Source: Cyanidioschyzon merolae (lineage: Eukaryota). From it: 64,000 nucleotides of DNA. Each line of letters opens with the position of its first letter. The first letter of the stretch is position 1. The position numbers and the translations under genes were made by a program. Location of the stretch: the NCBI GenBank assembly GCA_000091205.1, contig AP006495.2; one strand, 5' to 3'. Positions 29,831 to 42,500 of this stretch are shown piece after piece. The notes below the pieces were generated by a model that worked only from the letters and a program-made list of their open reading frames with translations, did no database searches and was not told the DNA's origin.

Positions 29831-31443
29831 GCTCCGTTGAGCATGTATTGACGCGTGTGATAAGAGGAGAGATAATGGAAGCGTCGAATCTCCAGTATGT
29901 GGATGACGCTCCCTCAAACAACACAGATTGCCAGCCTGGGCACTCGGTGCGCCGCGTTTCCGAGCCTCTTCGGCACCGTTATCAGGAAAAATGGAACAGG
30001 TCTACAGATCTACTGCAGAGGTATACACTAGAATGAGGGTCTCTTCCCGCTGTCATCGATATCTGTCGTTGTGGACATTACCCGTGACTGCTTCTCATGC
30101 CTGGCTCCGAGCTCCGTATTGAAATACACCGATCTCTCATGTGGATCCAGCCGAATGTTTCGCTGTCAAAGGATGTTCATAGCAGCTTTCATGCCTCGAT
30201 TTCATGGCATCGGGCTGTAGTGAATGCATTACATGCATAGGTAGAAGCTCCGGTCTACACATCGCTTGCCATTGTCACCATCATCATCGTTGTATCCAGG
30301 CTGTGTGCGACGTATACAACGGACACACAGGGCTATGGTCTGGTGTTACCGTATACGCAGCACACCATGCGCTGCGACAGCAAACGTACGGCGGAAACAA
30401 GCGTGAGTCTACCGACTTGTTCAAGGAGCTGCAAAAAGGAAACGACTGAAAATTCCCTTCGTATCGTGGTAGCCTAAGTTGCTGGACGCATTGGAGCGCG
30501 CATGGTTGCTTTCCTGATCCTCGAACAAAAACACGTACTACGAGAGTACGAATATCGATACCGCACGATTGCCATGGATGAATTCAGGACGGCACCCGGG
30601 TAACAAGAGCACAAGTTCGCACCGAGGCCGCCAGATGGAAACAGAGTGAACCGGGGCTCCATGCACGACCACTTGCAACGCAAACTGGCTGAACATGATT
30701 TGGGAACCGATCGTCGGTGAAAATCTTGCGTTTGTCGGATTCCAGCACCAAAAGTGTACCCAAAAGCACTTTCTGCTCTCTGGCTCGGACGCCTCGATCA
30801 ATATCCGATAATGTCTGATGCTTCATGATCGTCCAAGGGCTTCGTGTCCAGCGAACTTTGGACTGGATGTTTTTATTACCAGTCTGAGCATTGTGCGGAA
30901 ACGCTGCATATTTCCGATGGAAAACATCAGTATCTCGAAGAGCGTTCATTGGATTCCCGCGCGGTGCACGGCACCTATATGGTACGGTCACTCATCCGGA
31001 ATCGCTAAAGTGGCATACCGAGACTCCCGCCACCATATTCCTGGTGCATTTTTCGAACGACCATCATAATGCATCTTCCGATATTCTTGAGTATACCAGG
31101 CGACGTAAGCTGCTTTACGACGTATCCCGCCGCACTACGGAAATGCTCACCAGCGTCGATGACAACAACTTGTTGCGGATGCGTGAGCAGCGCTCATCCG
31201 TACTCCTGCTGTGCCACACTTCCAGCGCTCTCAAAACAGCGCTTCCGCACAACACCAGGACGCATCTTCACAACACAAGCACGCGCTGTTCATGATGCGA
31301 GCATCCGCATGTTGCCCTTGCCTTGAACGGCACTCGCGGGTATCGCCCTGAACACTGCGTCTCTAGAGCATGTATTCGCGGAACACATCCCCGCGGAAAC
31401 CGCGCTTGCCATCCTACCACAGCACACCCCGTTTATTCGGATT

Positions 31444-31896
31444 TCACGAAGATTTTCTGGTCATTTCGTGGAGCCAGTCCAAATACGCGGGTAAGCCGCC
31501 CTGAATCGGAAGAAACAAAACCTCAGGCACCTGATAGGGATGAACTTTCCGAATGGTATCGATTACGGCGTCCTGCAATTCAGACCTCGTCTTCATGATG
31601 AGGAGACTTTCCTTGTCGTTGTGAATCTTGCCCTCCCACCAGTACATAGACTGTACGCCAGGCACAATGTTGACGCAGGCAACAAGGTGCGCTGAGAGCA
31701 GCGCCTGTGCGATGCTCTCCGCTGTGGCGGCCTCGGGCGCTGTGCAGAGCGCCAATACCGCTGAAGCCCCGGTTTCCGTCCTTTCCCTGAAGAATGCGGT
31801 TAGTTTTGGTTCTCTAAACCAAGTCATCATACTGAAGCTGAGAACGAATAAGCTGGCGTAAAGAACATACGTTTTGGCTGCTTGCCACGAACTCAT
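31444..31896 (-). CDS. cutA: CutA divalent-cation tolerance protein homolog with hydrophobic N-terminal extension
   Basis: 'AVLALCTAPEAATAESIAQALLSAHLVACVNIVPGVQSMYWWEGKIHNDKESLLIMKTRSELQDAVIDTIRKVHPYQVPEVLFLPIQGGLPAYLDWLHE' matches the CutA1 fold motifs ('AACVN', 'HPYEVPE', 'YLDWL'). I chose Met 'MSSWQAAKTYVLYASLFVLSF' as the start, which gives a signal-like leader. Confidence 0.85.
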   Translation of the reverse strand: MSSWQAAKTYVLYASLFVLSFSMMTWFREPKLTAFFRERTETGASAVLALCTAPEAATAESIAQALLSAHLVACVNIVPGVQSMYWWEGKIHNDKESLLIMKTRSELQDAVIDTIRKVHPYQVPEVLFLPIQGGLPAYLDWLHEMTRKSS

Positions 31897-32673
31897 AGTC
31901 AAGGCGTGTCGGTGTCCAGCGGAATGCGGTATCCCGCGACGGAGCCGTACCAACACCACTGTACGAGCAGCGCTTTCGCAAGTACACAAAGCACCTTGTC
32001 CCCAAAGCGTGCAACGAAGCAAACGGACCCAGTGTCTGTGTGCTCCCTTCGTCCTAGCGAAATAGCCACAGAACATGCCGCCACACCGCCGCGACCTAGA
32101 CTTGCTTGTGGACGGCAACTCTTGAAAAACAAGGCCTCTACCTCGCACGTCTCTGGACTGGAGGTTTTACCCGCACACGTTTCACCCAGTGCGTCCAGTG
32201 AGCCAAGTGTTCGCTCTGAGGCGTCGCAGTCGCACAGCGCAAGCACTATCTGACAAGCGAAGCGACTCTTCGAATAAAGTAGGGAGCGAAAGCTTTTCCA
32301 AGGGCTTCCAGTGAGCGCGCTTTTGAGTTGCTTGCTCCCGATTCGCTTCCGTAGAGACGCTCACGACACTAACCTGGGCAAAAACCGCACTCGTTTCGCC
32401 CGTACTCGAGTCGATTTTGTACGTATGCAAACCCGACCTATTCGTCACTATCACACCAAAGAATCGTCTCTGTTTCCACGAGACGCTTCCTGAACACCAG
32501 CACACTGCAACCTACCGGTCGAGATGCTTGCCAGCCTTGACGACCTGCACCGTTCGAGATGTCGATGAGATCGCAACGCTCTCGTAACGACTGGCTAATC
32601 GTGGACTGTTGCCTTCATTCTGGAGTAGCACACAAAACGGCGTCAACGTGCGCTCTTTCAGGGCTCGTGTCTA

Positions 32674-33549
32674 GTGTCCATCAGGAGCATGTGGTTTCTC
32701 GGTATTTTCCAGGCCTTATTGCAGCTGTTTTTAGGCTGGCTTTGTCCGGGCTTGACGCTGCGTTCGCTGCGGTTGCACTGGCGACGCGGCTGGCTTGAGC
32801 TCCGAAACCTAAACGTACCCGCGAGTATGACTCGCTATCTGCCGGTACGCTTGCCGGTGCGCTTTGTGAGACTGCATGTGGGTAGACTTCGTATAAAGGT
32901 ATCGTGGCGAGCGCTTCGCCAACTGGCTCGCTGGCGAGTTCGTAGTCGTCACCAGGGGCCAGACCCGGACACCCGGCGTGTATCATTGAGTTTCTTGTCT
33001 GAGTTGCTTTGCATTGAGATCGAGGATGTGGGTCTGCTATGTACAGACGATACGGAAGCATACTTGGAATCCCGGTTGGAGCGAGCGCTCTGGAAACGTC
33101 TGCAATTGCAGCTCAAGTTAGCCAAGTTGCAGGAGTGTGAACGTCTCGCTGCTCGCGTGCTCCAGCTGCCTGTGATGGGTGCCCTGGAGTCCGGTGCCGC
33201 ATGGGATGCTTCTCTGGATGCAGAGGGAAATGAGGGGCAATTCTTGTTGGAAGATGCCCGGCATCGTCCAGGGAACACTGAAGCGCCCGACGAGGCCGTC
33301 GACATCACACGCAACGCCAGAGCGGATCCTGTCTCCAATGATCGGTGCATCGTAACCACTCAAGTACCGCACGAGAGCGTGTTGCAGGGTTCGGTATCCA
33401 CTGACGGGGCTTGTTCATGGACAGCGGCACCAGTGTCGTCATCCGCAGCGCCTGATGGTGAACCAGCGAAGCAGCTCGTGAACGCGACCCAAAGCGAAGC
33501 ACTGGAGGCATCGAGGCGAACTCATGCGCATGCTTGCACACCAGAACAT

Positions 33550-33582
<33 letters not shown>

Positions 33583-36500
33583 CCCAACGCGCCTTCCATG
33601 GAGGATGCACCGAGCAGAGCGTTGGCATCCACCTTGGAACCGAGCGACCTAATGCGATCGAACAATGTCGTATCGGATCATGGAGAATCCACGGTAACTG
33701 CGGATGCACCAGAGTGCACTGCCCGGCAACATCCATCTGCGGAGGCAACAAGAGAGGCACCAGACTCGGCTGACGCTTCATCGTCTTCAGTCGGTGATGA
33801 ACTTCGCGAGCCGCAGTTGCCGTCCGATACGGGATTGCTTGCATCCCCTGCTGCGACCTCGGAAGCCTCAACGGAACCACACGATGCACCGCAGCTCTCC
33901 GAGACCGGAGCAAGCGGTATCGCGACCACCACCGGCACCACGGAAGCATTGGCGCTCGACTGGGACGCTGCCCCTTTTCTGGAAATCTTCGAGCGTTCCT
34001 CCTGGATCCAAGTATTTCGCCAAGTACGCATTCGACTCCGTCGGGTTTGGATCCGGCTAGAAGCGAGTCCGCAACCGAACGGAAAAGATCACAAAGATAT
34101 GGCTCCAGCGCCGTACGCCCTGGAATGCTCCCTCGAAGACGCGTACCTTGAACCTCCGGATGAAGCGTTTCGTGCACAGGTCCTGGAACGCTGTGGGCTA
34201 TCGCTTCCCGAACTGGATCCATCCGAGGATGCCAGCTACGAAGAATCGGTATTTCTCTGGAGAGGGTGTTGTTTCCGAGGCTTGCGCATACGCTTCGCCG
34301 TGGACGATGAACGCTGGTTACCGTTGCTCGCACAGACACCACAACAGAGTCGAGGTGGTAGCGCGTCCGACGAGCCACCGCTGCCACCACTCCAAGAGTC
34401 CGACTGGGACTGGCTGTGGCGACGACTCCGCCATCGTGAACCTACGAGCTACCTCATTGCAGATCTGCTTCTATTAGCTCGTCTGGGAATCAACATGGCC
34501 GCCTTTGAGGATACCACGCGCTACACAATGGATGCACTCCACCAGAACAGTCTTCCTTTCGCTGCTGGTGCTGGTGCTGGTGCTGGTGCTGCCGCTGCCG
34601 ATACCACCACCATTCGGTTGCATGCAAGTATACCGTATGTGCACGGTCACCTGACGTTAGCGACGTTGTTCAGTCTCACGCGACTAGCTGAACAGCTGGC
34701 GCATTGGTTTTGGCGTGCTTATCTCCATCAAAAGTACGACGTACCTGCGGAACGACCTCGGCGCCTATCACCGTATCGTTTGGCGAGACTTCCGGGTCGG
34801 AGGCATCCCGCTCGGGCCTGGTGGCGCTACGCGGTTCGCTGTGTCCTGGGCCTACGTCGACGGCAACGAAGAGAGGCCGCACTGCCGGCTGCATTACCGG
34901 AACTCTCTCGTTGGTTACGACTTCAGTTATTGTACTTTGCGCTCTACCGCGAACTGGTGTACGGGGAATCTGCACCGAAGCAGCTCTTCGAGTGCGTCAT
35001 GTCCTCGCTGGATGCCGTCGGGGGTCATCGGGTGTGTCCTCGGGAGAATAACGGAGCGCTGCGCTTTCGGAGCGTTTCACAACCTGGATCCGGATTGAAC
35101 CTTGCGGACGATTCCGAGACAGCGCTTCCACGGCGACTGGTCGCTCAACTACGGTATCTGGAAGAGCGCATGCCTCTAGAGCAGCTGCTGAATGCACGAC
35201 TTCTTGTTCATGTGCATGAGCGTGCAAAACGCCTCCAAGCGGAAGCAGCGAACGAGAAACGTTCGTCTTCCTGGTCCAGAGGGCACATCTGGCGCCTGGC
35301 CAGCACTTCATGGCAATGGATTCGGTCGACTGTGAGCTCCTGGTTCGGGACGTATCAGCTCTACCAGGTGGTGAAGCAGCGACGCGAGTCACGCCGAGCG
35401 CTGCGCTGGATAGCCACTGCAACAGAGGCTGCCTCGGATGGAAGCGCGAGAGCCGAGCACTTGTCTCAGGCTTTGGTGACGCAGGCATCCATGGATAGTG
35501 GAGCAGGTGCGCGTGCTCCTGTCAGTGCTGCGACTCGTGCGCCTGCTACGGACGTGTCTGCTCCTGCTTCCGTGGATCCGGGTGCTGCTGCTGCTGCTGG
35601 TGCTGTCGGTGCCGATCACCAGGATATGGACGAGTTCCTGCAACGTCTTCGTGATGCGTTTCATGAGGCCTGGGTGGCAGTCTTCGGCGAGAGCGGGCGC
35701 GATGCTGTTCTTTTCACCGAGTCCCTGGTGGAGGCATTCGAGACCAGCGTACCGCTGGATCTAGAGATGCAGTTGGAGCAAGCCTCGTGGACGCTGCACG
35801 GCATCGGCGACAGCGAGCGTCTGCCAGGCGACTTGCCGTCTTGCACACGAGCTGCCAGCATGCCGAAGAACAACAACAACGAGAACAAGAACAAGAACAA
35901 GAGCAGCGTGTCGGCATCGCTGCTGACGCTACGCCTCCAGGGCATATGGTGGCGTCTGCACGACCTCGGGACGACGAGTCCGCTGCAGACGCAAGTCGTT
36001 GTCCGCGACTGGGAGGTTATCCCAGACGTCGTGCGCGTGCAAGCCCAGACAGAGAGCGTCTTTTACGCTGACCTGCCGAGTACAGCCCCGAGCGCTGCGC
36101 TCTACATGCGGTTGCAAGTTCAGAAACGGGTCGATCGCCGCAACTCCACCACCGACGCGTTACCGCTGCTGCATGAGAATGGGAACGGAGGTGTTCCCGG
36201 TGAGCCTGCTGCACCAGGCACCGCACAGACTCCGTTGCAACCGAGAGAAACCGCCTCGCATGCGACGGGTTGCAACTCGCTTGCCTCCAGTACGGAGACC
36301 GAGTCAGCCTCTGCGCTCTATGTTCGCCTGCAGCCGCTGCGAGTACATTTGCAGACGGAGCAACTGGTGCCACTGCTGTCGTTGCTCCAAGAGTGGCGGG
36401 CTTGTATTCCGCGGTCGCTTGCCGAACGAATCGCTGGCCTCATGCAGGAGCATCCCAGTCGAGCGCGACATCGAGCCATAGAGGCACTGCAACTGGAACA

Positions 36501-39500
36501 ACGTTTCCGAGTCGATGTTTTCTGCGAGTGGATCCAGGTCTGGTACGCATCCCGGTGGTTGCTGCAGTTGGAGCGTCTCTCGCTGCTCCGTACGCGTTCC
36601 CTGGTCAAGGCGCACTTTGGAGAAGCGCAACGAGACGAACCGCAGCCCTTACTCTTGTCCATCGCGAGTATGCATGCCCACTTTGTGCCTCAGCGCCGTG
36701 GAAGCAATGCAGCGGGCAGGAATGCTGCCGCTTCCGAACGTAACGAGCAGGTGAGCATGAGCGTCCATCCGCACGACGCTGGGGCCACGATATCGCTGCT
36801 GGAGCCGGTTCCGCTTGTCCTGAAACTGTTCGGCCGCTTAGAGCGAGGACAGAACGCTGCAGCAACTGTAGCCACAGAGCCTCGTCTGCATATTGTGGTG
36901 TCGCTGCGGGTTCCGGTACGACTGCAGCTGGCGCCCGTCGTGATTGGTGCGCTCTTTGAACAGGTTCGGCACTGGCAACAGTGCTGGATGCAGCGAGGCA
37001 GGCGACGACCCTGGCTCTGGGGCAGGGTCCAGGACACGCGCTTGTCGCCGGAGATGCGCTCCAATGCACCTGTTTGGCAGCAACTCGTGATGATTCCTGT
37101 CGTATGGAGGCAACGGCTGGCGACGCAGCACGCCTGGCATCGCGGGGAGTCGGCATTGTGTCTGGGTATTCTGGGTATGGACGCTGCAGGGTCGCTGCAG
37201 CTGGTGGATGCTAGCGCTGACAGACTGTCCAGCATCATCGGGATGGCGCTGGAGTTCCCGTGTTGGCAGCTGGAGCCGCTACACGACCCGTTGCCGTGGC
37301 CTCTGGAACGCGCATCGACCCGAGGAGCGCAGCTGCTGCTGATGCTGCTGCGTCGCTCCACCGATGAACGACCTGCACCAGTGATTGCTTCACCGGAACA
37401 TGGGCGCCTTGGAGCACCCGAATCCGTTGAACGCACCACAGACAGTGCGCAGCTCCAGGGGTCAAATGAAACGACGCAAACTGGAGCAACCACAGGTCCC
37501 AGGGCAGATACGAACACCCCCGTCAGTACGAATGCCCGTCCGAGTCGTGGAGCTGCGCATGCTTCGTCCGCCTCCTCTTCTACTACTACTTGTACTGCTT
37601 CTGGAGCAGTCGTTGCATTCGCTTTGCGTTTCGCCAGTGCAGCGCACGCTGAGCTATGGTACCGGCGATGGCGCTGCGGCAAGTTCGAGGACCCACAGCA
37701 ACAGCAACGTTACGGCTGGTGGGCGCTCTTGCATCCGGGGTACCGGTGGTGCTCGCGAAGCGACACCATTCCGGGCGCAGTGTCAGCGGGCGCCCGGACG
37801 CCTGTCTTGTCTTCGGAAGCGTATCCGCCGCTGCTCGCTGCTGTAGCGCTCTGGATTCAGGTCGAGATGCCACACGGAGCTGTGCTGGAGATGCCACTTG
37901 GTCGCTGGACAAACGGCTGGCATCCAGCAGGAGCGCATGGCGTCGCAGGCACCAGAAAGTCGATGCCCTTCTCCAGGAATGCGGACACAACCCCGCTGGA
38001 CTGCTTTGAGGTTTCGTTTTCGAGTTTGAGGCTGCAGTTGCGGAGCGCATGCACCATTGTACCGGTGGACAGTGCACTTGTGCGCATGGAGCAGCTCTCC
38101 ATCCGCTTGCAAACAAGGACATCGAGCGGAGACACCACTGCTGGGGGCGGGACGCCCCTGATCCAGATCCCTGCTGTTTCACCAGCGGCTACCGCTACGC
38201 CGCAGCTTGCAGTGGATACCGCGAGGCGAGCGTTGTGGCGCGACCCTCGTTGGAGAGCGTACGTAGCGCATGACGGTTTGTGGGGCTTTGCAGACGGTCC
38301 AAGTCTGCGGACATGGGTGTCCACGGAACTGTGGGTGGCGTTTCGGCACCCACGCGAAGCACCGGATCGAACGCAAGGCTTTGTTCTGATACCCTCGGTA
38401 TCTCTGCTGTTGCAGAGCACTTGGATGGAGGCTCTGATCCAACTCTGTAGTCAAATCATGCTTGCAGCCGGTCCGTCTGGCGAGCTGGCGTGCGCAGGGA
38501 TCCAGCGCTCGACACTGAGGTCCAGCGACAGCCCGCCGCTTCATGCAACTGGAGCCGAGGCATATGCGGCAGCCTCAATGCCGAAGAACTCCTGGAGCAA
38601 CAGACAGCAGCGCTCACATATGCATTGGCAGCGAGTTCGTCGGCGACTCCGTTGCTGGCGACTTGCGTCTCATTTCTGGGTGTTGCTTCTGGAGCGCAGC
38701 GTCCCGGTGAACGCGCCTCCGACCTGTTCACAAACAGAGGCAGAACGCATCGATGCACCTGCAGCGCAGCACAGCAGTTTTCTGGGACGTACAAACTGGG
38801 AAAGCCTTCGCCAATGGCGGCACAGACGCTCCCGAATAGCGACGACAGCGACGGCTTCCTGGTTACCCCGCTCAACCTCGAGTGGGTCTTCCCCAACGGG
38901 ATGCACAACAACAGGACCAACACCCGAAGACAGAGCCAATGCAGAGGCGGCAGGTGGTGCAGACGCCGCAGCAGACGCCGCAGAAGCCATAGCCACTGAG
39001 AATGCAGCCGCTGCTCGTAGATGTGCCGCAGAGACGACACTCGGAGATACCGTAGCGGACCCGTGTGCAGGCATGATGCTAGGTGCAGCACCAGGAGAGC
39101 GCCGCTGTGGAGACGCTCTGACAACGACAACGACAGAACAGCAAACTGGACTGGACGGCACTTTTCAGATGGTGCTCTTCCTTGCAGAAGCGCTGGTTGC
39201 GATGCGTTCTGTTTCCGAGGAGCTCGGCATCTTTGCGGAGCTGCTTGCTCGACACCTGGACCTGGAATGCTGCAGCGAGGATCAGTCTTCCTTGCAATTG
39301 ACGATGAAGCTATCGGGACTCGCGCTGCGGGATCTGTTGTCGCTGCGATCCGATACTGGTGGCGAGTTACGCTTCTACTCTGGTACGCTGGACGAGCAGG
39401 CTGTCGAGGATGAGTCACCAACGGCCGGGCGAGCATCTTCGGGGCCAATGTCGCTTGTTGCACTCAGTAGCAGCAGCAGCAGCTCACGAGCGACGTTACG

Positions 39501-42500
39501 CGACTCGCTTCGCGATGCAACTGCAGAGGCGACGCTAGCGCTCGAGTCTGCTCCAGCGGGCGCTTCACAAGAAACCTCATGCACACGCGCAGCGCTCGAA
39601 GTGCATGGAGTTCTTGGACTGGACGCTTCCGGATCGTCAGGCGCCTCAAAATCGTCCAGTGCTACCAGTGAACTCGAGCAGGAGCGTCCCGTCGCGACTG
39701 CAGCGCCAACGAGTGCACGTCGTCGTCGCCTGCAGTCACCAGAGGCTTCACTTCGAACCGCTGTGGTACCCGGGCTTCAACTGCGTATGATGGTGAACGC
39801 ACCTGAGATCGTCTACTTCCATCCGTTTTACGCCTTGCTGGTGCAGACGGTATACGCCTGGCGAGATACGCTTGCGATGGTGTCAGCGTGCCAGCACGTG
39901 CAACCACCGGTGATCCTGGGCGCTTCTTCGCCAACAGATGAAACTAGTGCTGCTGCTGTTGCTCTTGCTGGTGCTGTGTCTCGAAAAGGTTCCGCACGGA
40001 TGGGTCCTGCATCCAGCAGTGCGCTTCCAGCTGGGATCAGCGATACGGGGCAGATTCCGAATACAGCGACAGCGATGCGTCTACCAGTCCACATCGAGAT
40101 ACACTGTATTCAACCTCGAGTATGCTTCCCGAGCGAGCTCCATGAGGCGTCTTTCGTCGAGGTGAAGCTGGAAACGGCTCGACTGCGCCTCGAGCAAACG
40201 GCGCTCTCGAGTCCAGTGGCGACATCCGTATCGGCAGAGCGACCCTTTCCGATGCTCGGGGATGCTATTGTTGCGAGTTACTTTGAAGCACAAACAGAGG
40301 AGGTTAGTGTTTTCTGCAGGCTTGCGGATCAAGAGCGGGTTGCGGTTTGTTTCCTCGAGCCGGTTCCCCTACTGGAGGCATCCATCTACTGGACGCTGCC
40401 GACTGGAAAGCTCGACACTGGGCACCAAGTGACATCGCCCACAATGGGATCGTCGCAAACTGCATCGGAGAATGCAGGCACGTCGACTGGGATACGGAGA
40501 GCAGTCACCGTCCCTGGAGAAATACCTACGAGATCGTCGCAAACAGCATCGGAGAATGCAGGCACGTCGACTGGGATACGGAGAGCAGTCACCGTCCCTG
40601 GAGAAATACCTACGAGATCGTCGCAAACAGCATCGGAGAATGCAGGCACGTCGACTGGGATACGGAGAGCAGTCACCGTCCCTGGAGAAATACCTACGAG
40701 ATCGTCGCAAACAGCATCGGAGAATGCAGGCACGTCGACTGGGATACGGAGAGCAGTCACCGTCCCTGGAGAAATACCTACGAGATCGTCGCAAACAGCA
40801 TCGGAGAATGCAGGCACGTCGACTGGGATACGGAGAGCAGTCACCGTCCCTGGAGAAATACCTACGAGATCGTCGCAAACAGCATCGGAGAATGCAGGCA
40901 CGTCGACTGGGATACGGAGAGCAGTCACCGTCCCTGGAGAAATACCTACGAGATCGTCGCAAACAGCACCACCAGCAGAGAAGCGGACGGAGCAACGTTC
41001 CAGTCCGGAACCCGTTACGCTTCCACTCGAGGTCAGTGACGAGCCGGTGGACGTCACATCGCTGGTCTTGCAAGCACAGGCTGCGGAGCTGGAATGCCAC
41101 CTGAGTCCCACGGTGATCGCTGCCCTGGAACTGGTTCTACTCACGAACCTATTACGATCATATGGCCAGCGCTGCTTCCCGGTATCGAGTTACGAACCAA
41201 AGCGCATCACCGTGGAGCTCTCTTTCGAGCGTTGCCTGCTCTTTGCCGATGCTACGGATCCAGAACTCGAAGAGCTCTGGGGCTCTAGCGGAAACGTGAA
41301 CTCCAGCGACAGCACAACGCCGCTTCAAACAGAAACAGAGACGAATACCGAGCCTGCCATCGACGCTTCAGGTGCGGTTCGAGACACCAGACGCTCCGCG
41401 GAACAAGCACCGAGCGTATCCTCCAGCACTGCATCTGCATTTTCGGCTAGCAAGATACCAGGCTCTATCACGTCGTCAGTATCTGAAGCGCGTGCTCCGG
41501 TGGCTTTACCGGGGGAAACCTCTTCGCTAGGTGCACAACAGCGTCGATACCGCAGCCGCAAACCTGCCACCAGCGAGCCTGGACGCAACCCGGTCTCGGC
41601 GAGTGCATCGTCTCTAGGTGCAGCGAACTGGTCCAGCACCGGATCCCTCAGGTCGATGGTACGGGAACGCTCCGAGTCCAACGAAAGCCGCCCAGTACTG
41701 CATTCCCGCGGTAACCAGGACTCGAATACGCGAACCCGTACCGCTTCTGATACTGAAACAGTACCCGCGCAAGTCCTAATGGACTGTCGAGACTTTCGAG
41801 GTGTATTCGCGCTAACGCTGCCGTCCGGTGCAAGTGAGGGACATTTCACCCTCTCTGAACTGCAACTCTGGAGTCGACGCGATCAAGCAGAGCGCACAGA
41901 AGAGCAACAGGATGTATTCGCTGCTCCGACATCGAGAGCGCTCAGAAAGCCGGCCTTGGCCTCCTCCGTGACGTTGTCAGGCTCGCAGACCCCAGAAATG
42001 GCAGCAACAGCAGCATGGCAACTGCCGTCTGCTACTCCTGAGGCGTTTGCCGCCCAGCCGCCAGAGGCCAATACGCCGACCCTCGCCCAGCATACTCGAA
42101 AGACGCGTTGGCGACAGACACGAACTGGTATGGTCCTCTGCAGTGGCCCCGTATCGCTGGATCTGGGGACCCAGCCCGGTCATCCGTTCCGCTGGCGTTT
42201 TGAAACCGACAAGTCGTTGCAGCTGACGATGCGCGGCATCTCCGACGTTGCCGTCCTCGAGGTGCTCACTGTCTACACCATAACCCTCGGCCAGACAACC
42301 AAGTCGTTGCGGCCGTACTTGCGCCTGCACGACCTCTCGGTGGAGTCGTTATTTGGAACTAGCGGCTGGGACATGCAGCTGGAGCTCCCAAGGCTGGAAC
42401 TCCTCCTCCTGGACCAGCGTACCTTTGGAGCAACCATGCTGGCTGGAGTCGGGATTGAACTGGCAATGCACGCTGCGCTCAAGTTGAGCGCTACCGGAAA

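Noticed and set aside
40448-40975. Regular 84-bp repeats considered as a CRISPR-like array
   Set aside because: Units are contiguous with no spacers and are in frame inside a eukaryotic protein-coding gene. The whole window is eukaryotic, with GAPDH, CAP, VPS13, Ctf8 and DPH2.
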